DNA of 63,513 nt, filler included, from Reclinomonas americana ATCC 50394 (GCA_048213135.1; 21 parts of 21 records of this genome joined end to end with filler, not necessarily neighbours in it); one strand, 5' to 3'; shown: positions 13,601-26,783, counted from the first letter of the whole stretch. The notes: generated by a model not told the origin, from the sequence alone. Numbers and translations are program-made.

Positions 13601-13940
13601 CGGTCGCCTGCACACCAAGACCATTGCCGCGGTGTCGAACCTGGCCTACACCCTCAGCAAAGAGGACGATCCGGCGGCGCTGGCCGAGTCTGCCGAGCTC
13701 TACCGAGAGGCGCTGCAAGCGCGGCGCGAACTGTGCGGCGATCGGCATCGCAAGACGCTGCTCGTCATGCTCGGCTACGCCGGCTTGCTGCGGAAGCAGC
13801 AGGAGTTTGTGGAGGCCGAGCGCATGCTGGTCGAACTCGTCGACAGCCTGCGGGCCACTGTCGGCGACGCGGACGAGGATACGAAGACGGCGGTGTGGGC
13901 GCTCGGGGAGTGCCGAAGGGAGATGGCGATTCATAATTGA
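10623..13940 (+). CDS. P-loop NTPase (NB-ARC-like) + C-terminal TPR protein, paralog B (spans a linker)
   Basis: VVSGAGGNGKSFFA, GVLVLDNV, VIVTSR, YRVHDEI, then kinesin-light-chain-type TPRs (LGETHPATL, LGEDHEDTLVSLYNIA, CGDRHRKTL). Confidence 0.8.
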
Positions 13941-14049
13941 GGTAGAAGGGGGGAATAGGGGAGGGGGAGGGAAAGGGAGAAGGAGGGGAAGAGTGTTAAT
14001 TAATCTGATAACGTCGACGATTCTGTCACTTGGAAGAAGCGGGAGAGAG

Positions 14050-14490
14050 AGGAAGCGGACGTCAGTTGTTTTCTTGTTGTGGTGCGGTATGGAGAGGAGG
14101 CTCTTGTAAGGTGGGTGTAGATCGCGCAGGCGGTCGAAGGAGCGTGGAGGTGCAAGGTATGGAAGGAACGGGCGAGGGAAGGGGAGGGAAGGCATGAGTG
14201 CTTCGAAGTTCTTCCGTTGTCTGCCTTGTTTATTGTTTGTGGTGGGGTGTGGAGCTCTTGGATGGCGAGCAGACGAGATTACACAGGCCGTGGATGTTGT
14301 GGAGGTGCAAGGTATGGAAGGAACGGGAGAGGGAGCGGGAGAGGATGTCGACGTCGTACTTTGTTGTCACTTCGTTTTGTTTGTGGTGGGGCATGGAGAG
14401 GAGACTCTTGCAAGGCCAGTGTGTGCCAGCCAAGATCGTGCAGGCGATCGATGCGATGGAGAGCACAGTGGTGAAAGGTATGGAAGGAAT
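14050..14490. repeat. Degenerate tandem repeat, about 150-bp unit, 3 copies
   Basis: Repeated TTTGTGGTG...GGAG...CTCTTG...GGTATGGAAGGAA blocks. Confidence 0.6.
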
Positions 14491-14765
14491 AGGGAAAGTG
14501 ATCGAGAATGAGAGTGCGTGTGGATTCACCAGTGCGCAGTGTCGCGGCCAGGCCTGCACACCTGAACATTGTTGCCGTTGACGGTGAACTGTCCGTGGTT
14601 GCAGAGAACGGTCTTGCGCCCGCTCATTCCTCTGTTCTTTTATATCGATCTATATCTTCGCATAGCAGAACCGATCAATCGCAGCGAAATGCTCCCTTTT
14701 TTTCCTATCTACCCGCCTGGCGGTGGACTGATCCCCTCTTTTGTCAGTGTTCCGCGGAGAGGGGA

Positions 14766-16053
14766 ATGGATCTCCTCACGGCCTGCACGTGCGTCCTGTT
14801 CAGGATCAAGGCGGGGAACCTTGACTATGGGGTCTTCCCGGCGCGACAATGCGAGACTCACAAGTCCGCGGGTTGGGCACCAAAGGACTACGAGGCATTC
14901 ATGGAGCGGCTGCAGGCGTGGGTCCATGTCGACGCTCTGGAGCATGAGAAAAATGAAAGGTCCTCGCGTCCTCGTCACACGCACGCATATATACGTACAC
15001 GCACACGAAACACAGGAGAGTAGGATGGCTGCCAAGTACACACGGGCGCGGTTGCCACACGAGATCACAATGGCTGTCGTCGCTAAGTCGGCATTCAGGG
15101 TCGAGCCGGGGCGTCATGGACCACTCGTGCATGTTGTGCGAACAACGCACAACGGGTCAGAGTGCGTATCGGAGCCGGCGCTGGGCACACTGGACAGTGG
15201 CAACGACGGCCAGCTAATGGCCACGGCATATATCAAACGCAGCGGCGCGGTCAAGTACTGGATCCGCGTGGGGGCGCGTGCCGTCTTTGTGTGCATATGT
15301 CGTGGCGGCGACCTCTCGGATATGCTGGTCGACGTGTATGACCTGTCCGAATGGCTGCCGCCGGAACACGGGCTCGCCGACACGAAGTATGACCGGTGCC
15401 TGGGCGGGCTGCGCAGTCACGAGAGTGCGTCCCTGTGTGCCATCGGGGAGATTGGCCCCGCATGCACCGCGGAGACTACTGGTCTCTTATTCTACACGGA
15501 GAAGAACCATAACCACCTTCTCCATTCATTCATGTCGGTCAACAATGGCCACGTCACCGCCCTCGGCTACGATCGACAATGGACAGCAATCGGTATCACC
15601 CCGCGTGCCCTTGTCGCGGTGCACCCTCCCGACCACAACTTCATGATCAGCTGGAACTCGGTCGACGATACGTCGCGCTTGGCCTTTGGCGCCGGGGCCA
15701 CTGTCATGGTGGATTGTGTCAGGGAGCGTGTGATCTGCGTGGAGCAGTCGAGGGTGTACACCACCTGCAAGATCTACGAGTTCGCCGATGTGAGGAGATC
15801 ATTCCTGCCCTCGTACATCTTCCACCTCTCGCTGCCCGCGTGGAGCAGTGTCGAGTACCACGACTATTGCGACGTGATGGAGTTCCGACTCGTGGGTGGC
15901 GGGAGGGTCTTGCGGACGGGGTTTACTAATTACGACTCCGAGATGCACGCCATCGAGAACGCGCGCGAAGTGATGGGTCGCGGCAAGACGAGGCGCGATG
16001 ACGCACAGATCATAATCGAGGTGTGTCTTGAGCAGTGGCGTAAAGAACAGTAA
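14766..16053 (+). CDS. Hypothetical protein(s): 85-aa ORF followed immediately by a 342-aa ORF (possibly one spliced gene)
   Basis: Long stop-free ORF with protein-like composition. No family recognised. Confidence 0.55.
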
Positions 16054-16791
16054 AAGAAGAGAAGGCCACCGTTTAACGCATGCATCTGCGCGGCATCCTC
16101 GCGAGAACCCGGAACTCGTCTGACTACACACACACATTGTTGCACAACCAGTGCCGGATGCCTGTGGGGGAGCGTCCGTGAGTCGGGAAGAGGAAGTGTA
16201 GGGGGTGATGGGGAGGACAACGTACCGTGATGCGCATGAAGAGCGTGGAGCGGTCATACGCAAAGGCATGTTTGGTGAACTGGACCAAGAAGCGCCCTTC
16301 ATCAACAAAACACTTCATTCACCACATTCCAATAATGCGATATATATCCCTAGGTCTCGGGGGTTCGGTCCGCAGTGGGATGTCGTGGATCGAGGGTCCA
16401 CCCGTCGTACACCCCGCCACATCGTCAGGTGGAGGGCCAGTCATCGCTGGGAGGGGGGGGGGGGCGGGGGCGGGGGNNNNNNNNNNNNNNNNNNNNNNNN
16501 NNNNNNNNNNNNNNNNNNNNTTAATTAATTAANNNNNNNNNNNNNNNNNNNNNNNNNNNNNNNNNNNNNNNNNNNNCCCCCTTCTCTCCTCTCTCCTCCT
16601 CTCCCTCCCTCCCTCCTCCCTCCCTCCTCCCTCCCTCTCCCTCCCTCCTCCCTCCCTCCTCCCTCCCTCCTCCCTCCCTCCACCTCCCTCCCTCCCTCTC
16701 CTTCCTTCTTCTCCCTCTCCCTCCCTCCCTCCCTGCCTCCCTCCCTCCCCTCTTTCCCCTCTCCCTGTCACTCACGCTCGTCTCCCCACAG

Positions 16792-18434
16792 TGGTCAACG
16801 CGATCATTCACCCGGACTTGCAGACACCGATCTTCCCGCTCTTCCGCATGTCATGTCAGGTGCCAGTCAACATGGTGCTGGTGGCCGCCATGTTGCAAGC
16901 GCGATCAGTGAGTCTTGCATGCAGAAAAGATTCCAAGATCCTCTGGTTTGTCTCATTTCTCGCTGTGTGTGTCTCATTCGTGCAGATCCCGGCCGTGTTC
17001 ATGGCGCAGACTGCGAACCAAGTCTTCAACGTGTGTGTCAACCACGCCAATCGTAATGCGTCGAATCAAATGAGCACGGAGCAGTTGGCGATCTCGACGG
17101 GTGCGGCGATTGGGTCGGCGCTGATCACGTCGATTGGACTCAACGAGGGTGTCAAGCGGGCGGCGCTGTCGCCGGGCGTCAAGAGCTTTGCGTTGCGAGT
17201 TGAGTGGGAGAGGGAGGGAGAAGGGGGGAAAGGAGGAGGGTGAAGGGGAAGAGGGATGTGGGGGCACGGAGGAGAGGGAAACGAGCATATGGGCAATAGT
17301 GGGGCAAAGTGTTGCAATGCGAGGTAATAGTAGAGGAAGGAAAAGCAGACGAGAGGTGCAATGTGAGTGAGGAGCGAGACGAGAGAGGGAAACGAGCAAC
17401 TGAGCAATGGTGAGGCGAAGTCATGGGAAAGCAGACGAGGGGGCGAGGAAGTAGGAAGCGCGGCTCAACGAGCTAACAAAACAACATTGGGCGAAGTGGT
17501 AGTAGTAGAGGGGAAGGGAAAGCAGAACCGCGATGTGGGGAGCAGGGGTGCAGCCAGTGAGGAACGCGGCGAGAGGGAATCGAAGTGTTGCGATGCGACG
17601 ACAGAAAGGAAAAAGCGGAGCGATGTGGGGGCAGGGGTGCAGCGAGTGAGGAAGGAGGATGGCAGTGAGACTGCGAGGAAATGGATGGGTAAGAAGAAGA
17701 ATGAGTAGTGGAGTGTCGCGCCGTCAGGGGCGCGATAGTTGACGGCGGGAAAGAGTGAGAGACTGAACAGACAGGAAGATGAAGGGCAGCTGGGCCACAG
17801 AGAATGGAGAGCGCACCTTACGGTAAGAGGGGGCTAAATGCAAGAGAGAGAAATCCGCACACAATGTGTCGTTCCGCATCTCTCTCCCGCTATCCCTCCC
17901 TTTCTCTTTCACTCACCCCTTCTCTCTCTCTGTCGCAGTTCGTCCCCTTCGTCGCCGTGGCCGTGGCCAACGTGTGCAACACGGGCGCCATGCGCTGGAC
18001 GGAGATGCAGGGCGGCATTGACGTCAAGGACGCCGATGGCAACGTGCTTGGTCGCAGCCCCACCGCCGGTCGCATGGCCGTGATGCAGACCATCATTTGC
18101 CGTGTCTCCGCCTCCATCCCCGTCATGGCCCTCACACCGATGATCATGTTTGGCCTCGAGCTGTCGAGCTTTGTCAAGTCGCGGCCAAAGGTCGTCAACC
18201 TGCTCACTCTGAGTTGCGCAGCACTTTCATGTCGCATCCCTCTTGTCCTTCATCTGATTCGTGCATGTTGCAGTCGTCACTGGCGCCATGATTTGGCTGG
18301 CAGTTCCACTGACGCTGGCCATCTTCCCGCAACAAGCGTCGGTGGAGGCGTCGGCACTGGAGCCCCAGTTCCACAACCTCGTCGATCGCAACGGACGACG
18401 CATCGAGACCATCTACTTTAACAAGGGCCTTTGA
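16792..18434 (+). CDS. SFXN: Sideroflexin (mitochondrial tricarboxylate/serine carrier family), 5' truncated
   Basis: IHPD..IFPLFRMS, NQVFNVCVNHANRNAS, RFVPFVAVAVAN and the terminal YFNKGL*. Confidence 0.95.
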
Positions 18435-18519
18435 GGAGGAGTGGGGAGAGAGAGAAAGAGAATAAGGGAATCCGGTGTGTGAAACGCCGAGTAACACCAG
18501 AAAAACTGTTGGTGATCGT

Positions 18520-19860
18520 CTGAGCGAGAGGGAGAGAAGGAAGCAGCGATCGATCGAATGCAACAGAGAACGACACAGAAAAACGCTACGAGTAGAAGTG
18601 ATCGCTCCTTCTTGTCTCCGATCATGCAAGGATGCGAAGTGAGCAGAGAGTGATGGAGAAAAGCGATCACACCCTTCAACGTAAGCGATCGCGATCGCTC
18701 CTGCACTTGCCAGCGATCATACAAGGTGAGTTGCGTTTGAGGGAATGGTGAGAGTGAGGCACATAGAGAGGAGAAGAATCGTCCACAGTGAGCAGAAAGC
18801 GATGGTTACGATCGCTGCGATCACATCCCTTCAACATATGATCGCTCCTGCACTTGTCTCCAATCGTGCAGGTTGAATCGCGTTCGGGGGAATGGTGAGA
18901 GTGAGGCACAGAGAGAGGTGGCAAACCCTCCACAGTGAGCATAAAGAAAGCGATGGAGAAAGCGATCACACAAGCGATCGCTCGTTCACTTGTCTGCGAT
19001 CATTCTCCGATCGCGATGCCGAACGCTCATCAATCGATGCCACACGCGTGCAAGCTTCACTTGTCGAAAGCCTCTGTGAGAGAAGTGAGTGTGTGTGAGA
19101 GAGAAACACAAAGAGAGACAACAACGCGACTTGATAAAGGGAAACGAGAGCGCCAACTTGTAATGCAAGGTGAGTTGCGGTTGAGGGAAGGGCGAGAGTG
19201 AGGCAAAGGCGGTGATGCGCACAGAGGAGGCGAGTGTGCGCACGAGAGCAAACAACAGCGCAACACTCATTGAGAAAGCGATCGCTCCTGCACTTGTCAG
19301 CGATCGTGCAAGGTGAGTTGCGTTTGAGGGAACGGTGAGAGTGACGCACATAGAGAGGACCTCCACAGTGAGCAGAGAGAGCGATAGTTACGATCGCTGC
19401 GATAATACCCTTCAACAAGAGCGATCGCTCCTTCTTGTCTCCGACTGTGCACGGTGAATCGCGTTCGGGGGAATCATGAGAGTGAGGCACACAGAGAGGA
19501 GGCAAACCCTCCACTGTGAGCAGAGAAAGCGATGGAGAAAGCGATCACACAAGCGATCGCTCGTTCACTTGTCAGCGATCATTCTCCGATGCCGAACGCT
19601 CATCAATCGATGCCACACGCGTGCAAGCTTCACTTGTCGAAAACCTCTGTGAGAACAACACAGTGAGCAAGACACAAAGAGAGAGAGAGAAACACAAAGA
19701 GAGACAACAACGCGACTTGATAAAGGGAAACGAGAGCGCCAACTTGTAATGCAAGGTGAGTTGCGGTTGAGGGAAGGGTGAGAGTGAGGCAAAGGCGGTG
19801 ATGCGCACAGAGGAGGCGAGGGTGCGCAGGAGAGCAAACAACAGCGCAACACTCATTGTT
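18520..19860. repeat. CGATCG-rich complex tandem repeat / segmental duplication
   Basis: Near-identical blocks at about 18905-19270 and 19490-19856, with many (G)CGATCG(C) palindromes. Confidence 0.8.
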
Positions 19861-20812
19861 GTATGATAAGAAGAAAGAGTGTGTTTGTTGATTGGTTGTT
19901 TCCGTCGCTTGTTTGTTTTTGTTTGTGTGTGTGTGTGTGTGATGGAGAGCAAGAAGAAGAGTGACGTGAGCGAGTCTCGTTGCGTGTAACTGCACAGACA
20001 GTGTGTGTATGTGTGAGTGAGTGACTTGCATCTTTGCATGCATCTCGCATCTTTTGTCACTCCTTCTCATTCACTCTCTCACACTGGCTCTTCTCTCGTT
20101 GTCTCTTGCGCGTCTGTGCACCTCTCCTGTCTTGCGCTCTCTGTCACCTCTCTGCGTTCTTGCCTTTCCCTCTTTATCTCTCACCTTGTTCTCTCTCTCT
20201 CTCTCTCTTTGTCTCTCCTCCTCCTCCCCCTCTCCTCCTCCTCCCCCTCTCCTCCTCCTCCCCCCTCTCCTCCCTGTTCTCTTTCTCCTCCTTCTCCTCC
20301 CCCTTCTCCTTCCCTTCTCCTCCCCTTCTCCTCGCCCTTCTCCTCCCTGCCTCCTCCTGCCTTCTCCTCNNNNNNNNNNNNNNNNNNNNNNNNNNNNNNN
20401 NNNNNNNNNNNNNTTAATTAATTAANNNNNNNNNNNNNNNNNNNNNNNNNNNNNNNNNNNNNNNNNNNNCTGCTCTCTTCAACAGCCTCACAAACACTGA
20501 CACTCTTGCTTGGTCGACTTATTCCTCTCCATCCCGTCCTACTTACGCTCTTTCTCTCTCCCAAATGAATCACATCCCTCATCTGCAGAAACCCGTCTCT
20601 CTCACACCACAACGTTCTACCTCCTCCGTTAATCACAAACAACTGTTACTTATGAGGCAGCCTCATTCAAGCCTCTTGGACGACGTCTCGCCTTCTGTCG
20701 CCCATTCATCTCACTCCTTCTTTCACCCCTTCGTCTCTCGGCTTCCTCAACCGACTCACAACCCGCATCTACAGAGGCACGTCTCTCTCTCTCTCTCTCA
20801 CACACACACGCA

Positions 20813-20834
20813 CAATAACAACAATAACAACAGC

Positions 20835-20908
<74 letters not shown>

Positions 20909-20950
20909 GCAACAACAACAACAACAACAACAACAATAACAACAACAACG
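20813..20950. repeat. (CAA)n microsatellite
   Basis: Directly visible. Confidence 0.95.
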
Positions 20951-21453
20951 ACGAGTCAATTTCCCAGCCTACTTGAGCGTCACACAATTCACACTCACTT
21001 CCGTTTGCTCCTTTGTCTCGCCGCTTCCTATTTTGACTCAAATCTCTCATCAGTAGTAACTCGTCTCCCTCTCCCTCTCTCTCTCTTACACACACACATA
21101 CACACACACACAGCAACAACAACAACAGCAACAGCAACAAAAAATCTTTCTCCAGCCTTCTTACCCACTTCAGTTCTCTCCCTTGGCATTCACCTCACGA
21201 CACACTTCCGTTTTGAGGACTCTCTCTCTCTCTCTCTCATTCTCTCTCATTTGCTGCTCATTCTTCTGACGTGCCTCCCATACGCTTTTGCGTCTCTCCC
21301 TTCGTCTCCCTTCTTCAGCATGCATTCCTATAGTTCTGTCTCAGATCAACAACCTAGGCCTCAAATCCCTAAGAGTTTCTCTCTCTCGCTTAACATGCCG
21401 TCTTCCCTTCCTCTCCCAATCTCCCCCTCCCTTCCCCTCCCCACCTCACCTTT

Positions 21454-21827
21454 ATGGCCCTCGCCTCACACCCCTCCACATCCACCTTCATCAACAACAC
21501 ATCCTCATGCACATGCTGATCAATTGTCACCGTCGTCACCTCTCGCACCGTCCTTCCCGCCTCCTTACCCGCCGCCTCCACCGTCACCATCTGCCCATCG
21601 TAATCCACTCCCGGCTGCGGATCAAAGAACTTGCTCTCGCCCGCCTGATCCCACACTGCGCCAGTGACCACGCGCACCATGGAGCGCGGCACACCAAACT
21701 TCTCCATGTTGGCCGCAATCATGCTGGCGTTCTCCTCAATCGCCTCAAAGGCAATCACCGGGTGTCCAAGCATGGCGGACACGGCAGAGCAGCCGGCTTG
21801 GTTGGCGCCCACGTCGAGAATGAGGCC
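21454..21827 (-). CDS. FkbM-family SAM methyltransferase, internal exon
   Basis: LILDVGANQAG..VIAFEA..VTIDQ..LLMKVDVEGCE. Confidence 0.85.
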
Positions 21828-21933
21828 TGTAGAGGGAGAGAGAGGGAGAGAAGAGAGAGGGAAAGGCAAGGAGTGAGTAAGACGAGATAGGGAGGGAGGC
21901 AGAGTGAGTGAGACGGAGAAACAGAAAAGCAAG

Positions 21934-21969
<36 letters not shown>

Positions 21970-22103
21970 GAGACAGAGAAGAAGACGAGAGAGAACAACA
22001 ACGNNNNNNNNNNNNNNNNNNNNNNNNNNNNNNNNNNNNNNNNNNNNTTAATTAATTAANNNNNNNNNNNNNNNNNNNNNNNNNNNNNNNNNNNNNNNNN
22101 NNN

Positions 22104-22929
22104 TCAGCATCGACATCACCTCCTCCTCTTCCTCTGCATCCTCCTCCTCCGACGAGGAGGACGACATCAATGCCGACTCCTCCACACTCACACTGGTCGC
22201 GGCCGCCATGCCACACCTCCACGACGTGATTATTGTGGAGCGCGCACGATCACCACTGCGCCCTGCAAAGAGAGCACGCAGTCCTCCTCGTCCTCCACGT
22301 GCTTCTCCTCCTCCTCGTCCAGCTGCTCCTCCTTCGCGATCGCAATCGTCGCCGATTCGTGTGGCCATGTCGTCGCCACTCAAGCAGCGGTTGATGGAGG
22401 AGGAGGCGAGGCGGAGTGTGCCGCGGGCGGGCGATACCCCGTCGAGTGGACGCACGCCCATGGCGCTGCATGAGGGATACGAGATGGCGAGTAGAGTGTT
22501 GGAGGGGCTGCGTGCGGTCAAGGAGCTGCGGTCGTTGGAGTTGCAAGGTGAGTGTGTGTGTACAATGTAGGGGAATGAGCTGTGGAGTGCAGCGACTCAC
22601 CTCGTTTTCTGTTGCAGGTGTGCTGCTTGGATACTATGGCTTTTCGCGATTCGCCTCGCAGCTGGGCGACTTGCCGCATCTGCGCTCTGTTCGCTTCCAC
22701 GCCAATGATGCGCGGGCAGAGGGAGCGTCGGCGCTCGCTCTCCGTCTCTCGGCCATGCCCACGGTGGAGACTCTCGACATTTCCGGTGCGCATTCCCTTG
22801 CAAGCGTCGCCATCTCCCACCTGTTCTGAGCTTACATTCGTACGCAGGCAATGTTCTCGGCGACGCTGGTGTCGCGGCATTGGCCTCACACCTCTATCAG
22901 TTGCCGGCGCTGCGTACGCTGATCTTGGA

Positions 22930-22967
<38 letters not shown>

Positions 22968-25688
22968 CACGGCAAGAGGGGCATGTGTCTTCGTCTCACC
23001 GTTGCCACTTCCGCAGATAACCAAATTGGCGACGCTGGTGTCAGTGCTCTCGCTGCCGCGCTGCCTGCTCTCGTGCACCTGAGATATCTGTCACTTGCCA
23101 GTTGCGTTCTGCAGCAATAGGGCCTCGTCGCCATCTTGCACACGGAGATGAGGACGCATTGAGCGCCTACGGTTCCTGTTGCTCTCAAATCTTTCGCGTG
23201 GACTGTTTTTTGCTGTCACGTTCGTTTCCTACCTGCCATGCACGATGGTTGCTGAGAGAGCAGGGCCTCGTCGCCATCTGCACACGAAGATGAGGACGCA
23301 TTGAGCGCCAGTTGTTCCTGTTGCTCTCAAATCTTTCGCGTGGACTATTTTTTGCTGTCGCCTTCGCTTCCTAACCTGCCATGTGCGATGGTTGCTGACG
23401 GAGCAGGGTCTCGTCGCCATCTGCACACGTTGAGCCACCCAGAGATGATAGCGCATTGCGCCAGTTGCTCCTCTTGTTTGTTGCTCTTGCATCTTTCGCG
23501 TGGATTGTTTTTTGCTGTCGCCTTCGCTTCCTGACCTGTCATGTGCGATGGTTGCTGAGAGAGCAGGGCCTCGTCGCCATCTGCACACGGAGATGAGGAC
23601 TCATTGAGCGCCAGTTGTTTCTCTTGCTTGTTGCTCTTGCATCTTTCGCGTGGACTGTTTTGTTCGTTTCCTAGCCTGTCATGTGCGATGGTTGTTTCTT
23701 TTTCTATTATTGGTGTGGCAACTGTGTAATCGCTGCACACCTCGATCTTCGTCTGCTGGACATATTCCTGCGTGTCCCCTTGACCTTGGCATCTTATTCG
23801 TTTTTCGCGTTGTTCGCTGCTCTCTCATGGTGGATATTTTTTTGCGTAGGTCTTTGTTTCCTCTCACGATGAATGCACCCCTGCATCTTCTCCTCTGTGG
23901 CAGAGTTTGCTCACTTCAGTCCTCGCCCTCTTCACGTTTCCTGTTAGTTCTGTCTCATCTCCCGTTACCTCTCTCTGTGCGAGACTCTCATCGATCCTTC
24001 CCGTCGTGCACCATGTTGATCATCGTACCTCCCCTTTGCCCCCACAGACAACCCCTCCATCCACACCTCCGGCCTCACCGCCCTCAGTCACCAACTGCCC
24101 GCCCTCCCCGAGCTGCACACACTGCGCTTGTCGCACACCAGCGTCTCGGTGGCGGCTCTCCAGTCACTGGCCACCGATCTCGCCTCATGTCCGAGCCTCA
24201 TGTCGCTCATCATGGATCACGTGGGCATGACAGCGGAGGGCGCACTCGCCCTGGCCGGTGCGTTTTATGGCACACGCGGACTGCGCGTGTTGGAGTTGCG
24301 TGGGAGGGTGGAGGGTGAGTGATGAGGGGCACGTGGCTGACTGTGCGCGACAGCCTCTCGGGTAACCGCCTGGGGGATGCTGGCGTGCGCTACGTCGCCG
24401 CCTCGTTGTACGATATTCCGAATTTGGAGGAGTTGTCGCTGGCCGGTGAGGGAGGGGGGAAGAAAGGGGAAGGGGAAGGCGTGAAGGGGAAGGGGGAGGG
24501 AAAGGAAAGGGAGAGGGAGAGAGTGGAGAGTAGAGCCATGAGTGAGCGCAGTCGCTGAGCGATGCTGACACACATTCGGATTCGTAGAGAGGGGGGAAGA
24601 GGCAGGGATGAGAAAAAGAAGGAGAAAGACTGAACGAATAAGGAGACCGGAGGGGCAGCAGAGTCGGTGAGCAGATGCACGCGAAGAACTACACTGACAC
24701 ACATTCGCGCACGAAACGCTTTCAGAGTGAGGGATGAGAGAAAGGAGGGGTCTTATCGCGAGTCAGTGCCAGCGAAGAAATACACTGACACACATTGACA
24801 CACGAAAACGCTCTTGAATTTCGTAGAGAAGGGAGAGGATTATGAGAGAATGAAGATGAAAGAAAGAAGGAGAGAAGCTGATTGAAATAGGTAGAATAGA
24901 AGACAATAGAGTGGGTTTGTGTGTAAAAGAGAGAGTGGGAGAGACAGAGAGAGAGACACACACACACACACGCACGCACACGCACGCACACGCACAGACT
25001 GACAGATAGACAGACAGACCGAGAGAGAGAGAAAGGGAGAGGTGAGCGTACAACTCGGATCGACGCAGTGCAGTGATTTTGCTCGCTGGAGAGGCTCGCA
25101 AGGCGATGAAGAGAGAGGGAATCAAGCACTTCATGTCTTCTCTCTCCTCTTAACACCCTTCTCCCAATTCCCCGCAGACAACGACATCACCACCGAGGGC
25201 GTCCTCTCCCTCGCCGTGCACTTCCACGCCTTGGCCCGCCTCACCCGACTAAATCTGTCTCGTGAGTGTCCCCCCCCCCCCCCCCCTTCCTACGTCTTCC
25301 CCTATCTGACCTGCTCACGAAAGGAAACCCACTCGGTGCCGCGGGACTGGCGGCCATGACACCACACTTTGCCGATCTGCCGCGTCTGCGTGACCTCGTG
25401 CTCGATCACGTAGTGGAGGGCGACGGTGCGGGGTTGGAGTCGTTTACGCAACGGCTGCGTGAACTGGTTGCGCTCTCCACGCTGCACGTGGCCGGGCTGG
25501 GATCGAAGGGCATGCGCCTGCTGCTGCAGGAGATTTTGCGCGGTAGCCTGCACCTGCAGCGAGTGGCCATGGCCAACGGGTTGACGGCGGCGTCCGCGGC
25601 CACGGCAGCGGCTGTGGGTGAGGGGGGTGATACGGAGCCACTGGCCGACGCCATTGCCGCGGTGCGCGGTGTAGAATTCGTCTTGTGA
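22104..25688 (+). CDS. RI/NLRC3-type leucine-rich repeat protein, multi-exon
   Basis: Repeats such as NQIGDAGVSALAAALPALVHLRYLSL, LDLSGNRLGDAGVRYVA and NDITTEGVLSLA. Confidence 0.85.
23105..23700. repeat. Intronic tandem repeat, about 140-155-bp unit, about 4 copies
   Basis: Repeated GGGCCTCGTCGCCATCTGCACACG...ATCTTTCGCGTGGA. Confidence 0.8.
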
Positions 25689-25805
25689 GCGGTAGCGAGG
25701 GTGGGAGGAGGCTAAAGGGGAAATGTACGCTTTTCTGTTGCCCTTTTCATTTTTTTAGTCGCGGAATTTGAGGACGGGACGGAGAAGCCGACGAGTGGCT
25801 GAGTC

Positions 25806-26016
25806 TCACGCCTTCGAGGCGGCCATCATGAGCGAGATGTTTTCGCCCTTGAGGAGGATGCGGCCTGTGAGGGGGCAGAGTGAGTGAGGGAGGGCAACTA
25901 AGGGGAGAGGGCGGGGAGGAAGGAGGGAGGTAAGTACCGAGAGTCTTTCTCGTGTCCTTCTTCACGTTGACCTCCTCGGCGTGGTCCATGGTGAGGTTCA
26001 TGTACTCGTCGAAGCC
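25806..26016 (-). CDS. SNRPE: Small nuclear ribonucleoprotein E, last two exons
   Basis: GFDEYMNLTMDHAEEVNVKKDTRKTLG|RILLKGENISLM matches the SmE Sm1/Sm2 motifs. Confidence 0.9.
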
Positions 26017-26744
26017 CTGGAGGGGGGGGGGGGGGAGGGATGGAGAAGGGATGGGGGGAGGAGGCACAGTAAGAGTCAAGTGTAGGGATTCGCGGCGAAG
26101 AAAAAGAGTAGGCGGAGGGATGACGACAGGGCGCACCAACATGAATGGAACGAGTGACGTATTGTGCCCAGTCTCCCTAAAACATGCACAACCTCTCTAA
26201 TCTTCGGGGCAGAGACATCAAGTGATGCACGTACAACACACACGTGTGTACAGACACAAATGGAACAGGGTCAAGGGGCAGCGAAGTAAGTCGAGTTGTA
26301 CAAGTGGGTCGATGCCACTCTTCTTCTCTCTGTTGGTTTGTATGTTGGTTTGTCTGTTTCTATTTCTCCCTATCTGTCTCTTTTTTCTCTCTGTCTCTCT
26401 CTATCTGCTGGTCTGTCTGTCTCTATTTCTCACTTTCCGTCTCCTGTGTCTTTCTTTGTCTCCCTCTCTCTTCATCTCTTCTCACTTTCTCCTTCTCTCC
26501 CCTCCCCACAATGGACGCGCACGCATGCACAAACAAGTGAAAGGAAGAATGCACACAAAGAAAACGCGTAAAGCTGTGGCAGGAAGTGCAAACACGTCAA
26601 TGCCACCACGAGAGCTTCAACTCTGCGTGTGAAGACAGAATGCACAAAGCGAGTCAATGCCACCAAGAGTTTCAACTCTGCGTGCGTGGACTGGACGTGA
26701 ATGAATGCATGGGGTCTTACAACACTCGATTGCGTCCCGGGTCC

Positions 26745-26783
<39 letters not shown>

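Noticed and set aside
16304..16339. Intact spliced-leader RNA gene
   Set aside because: No GT donor or Sm site follows the motif. Kept only as an unexplained motif.
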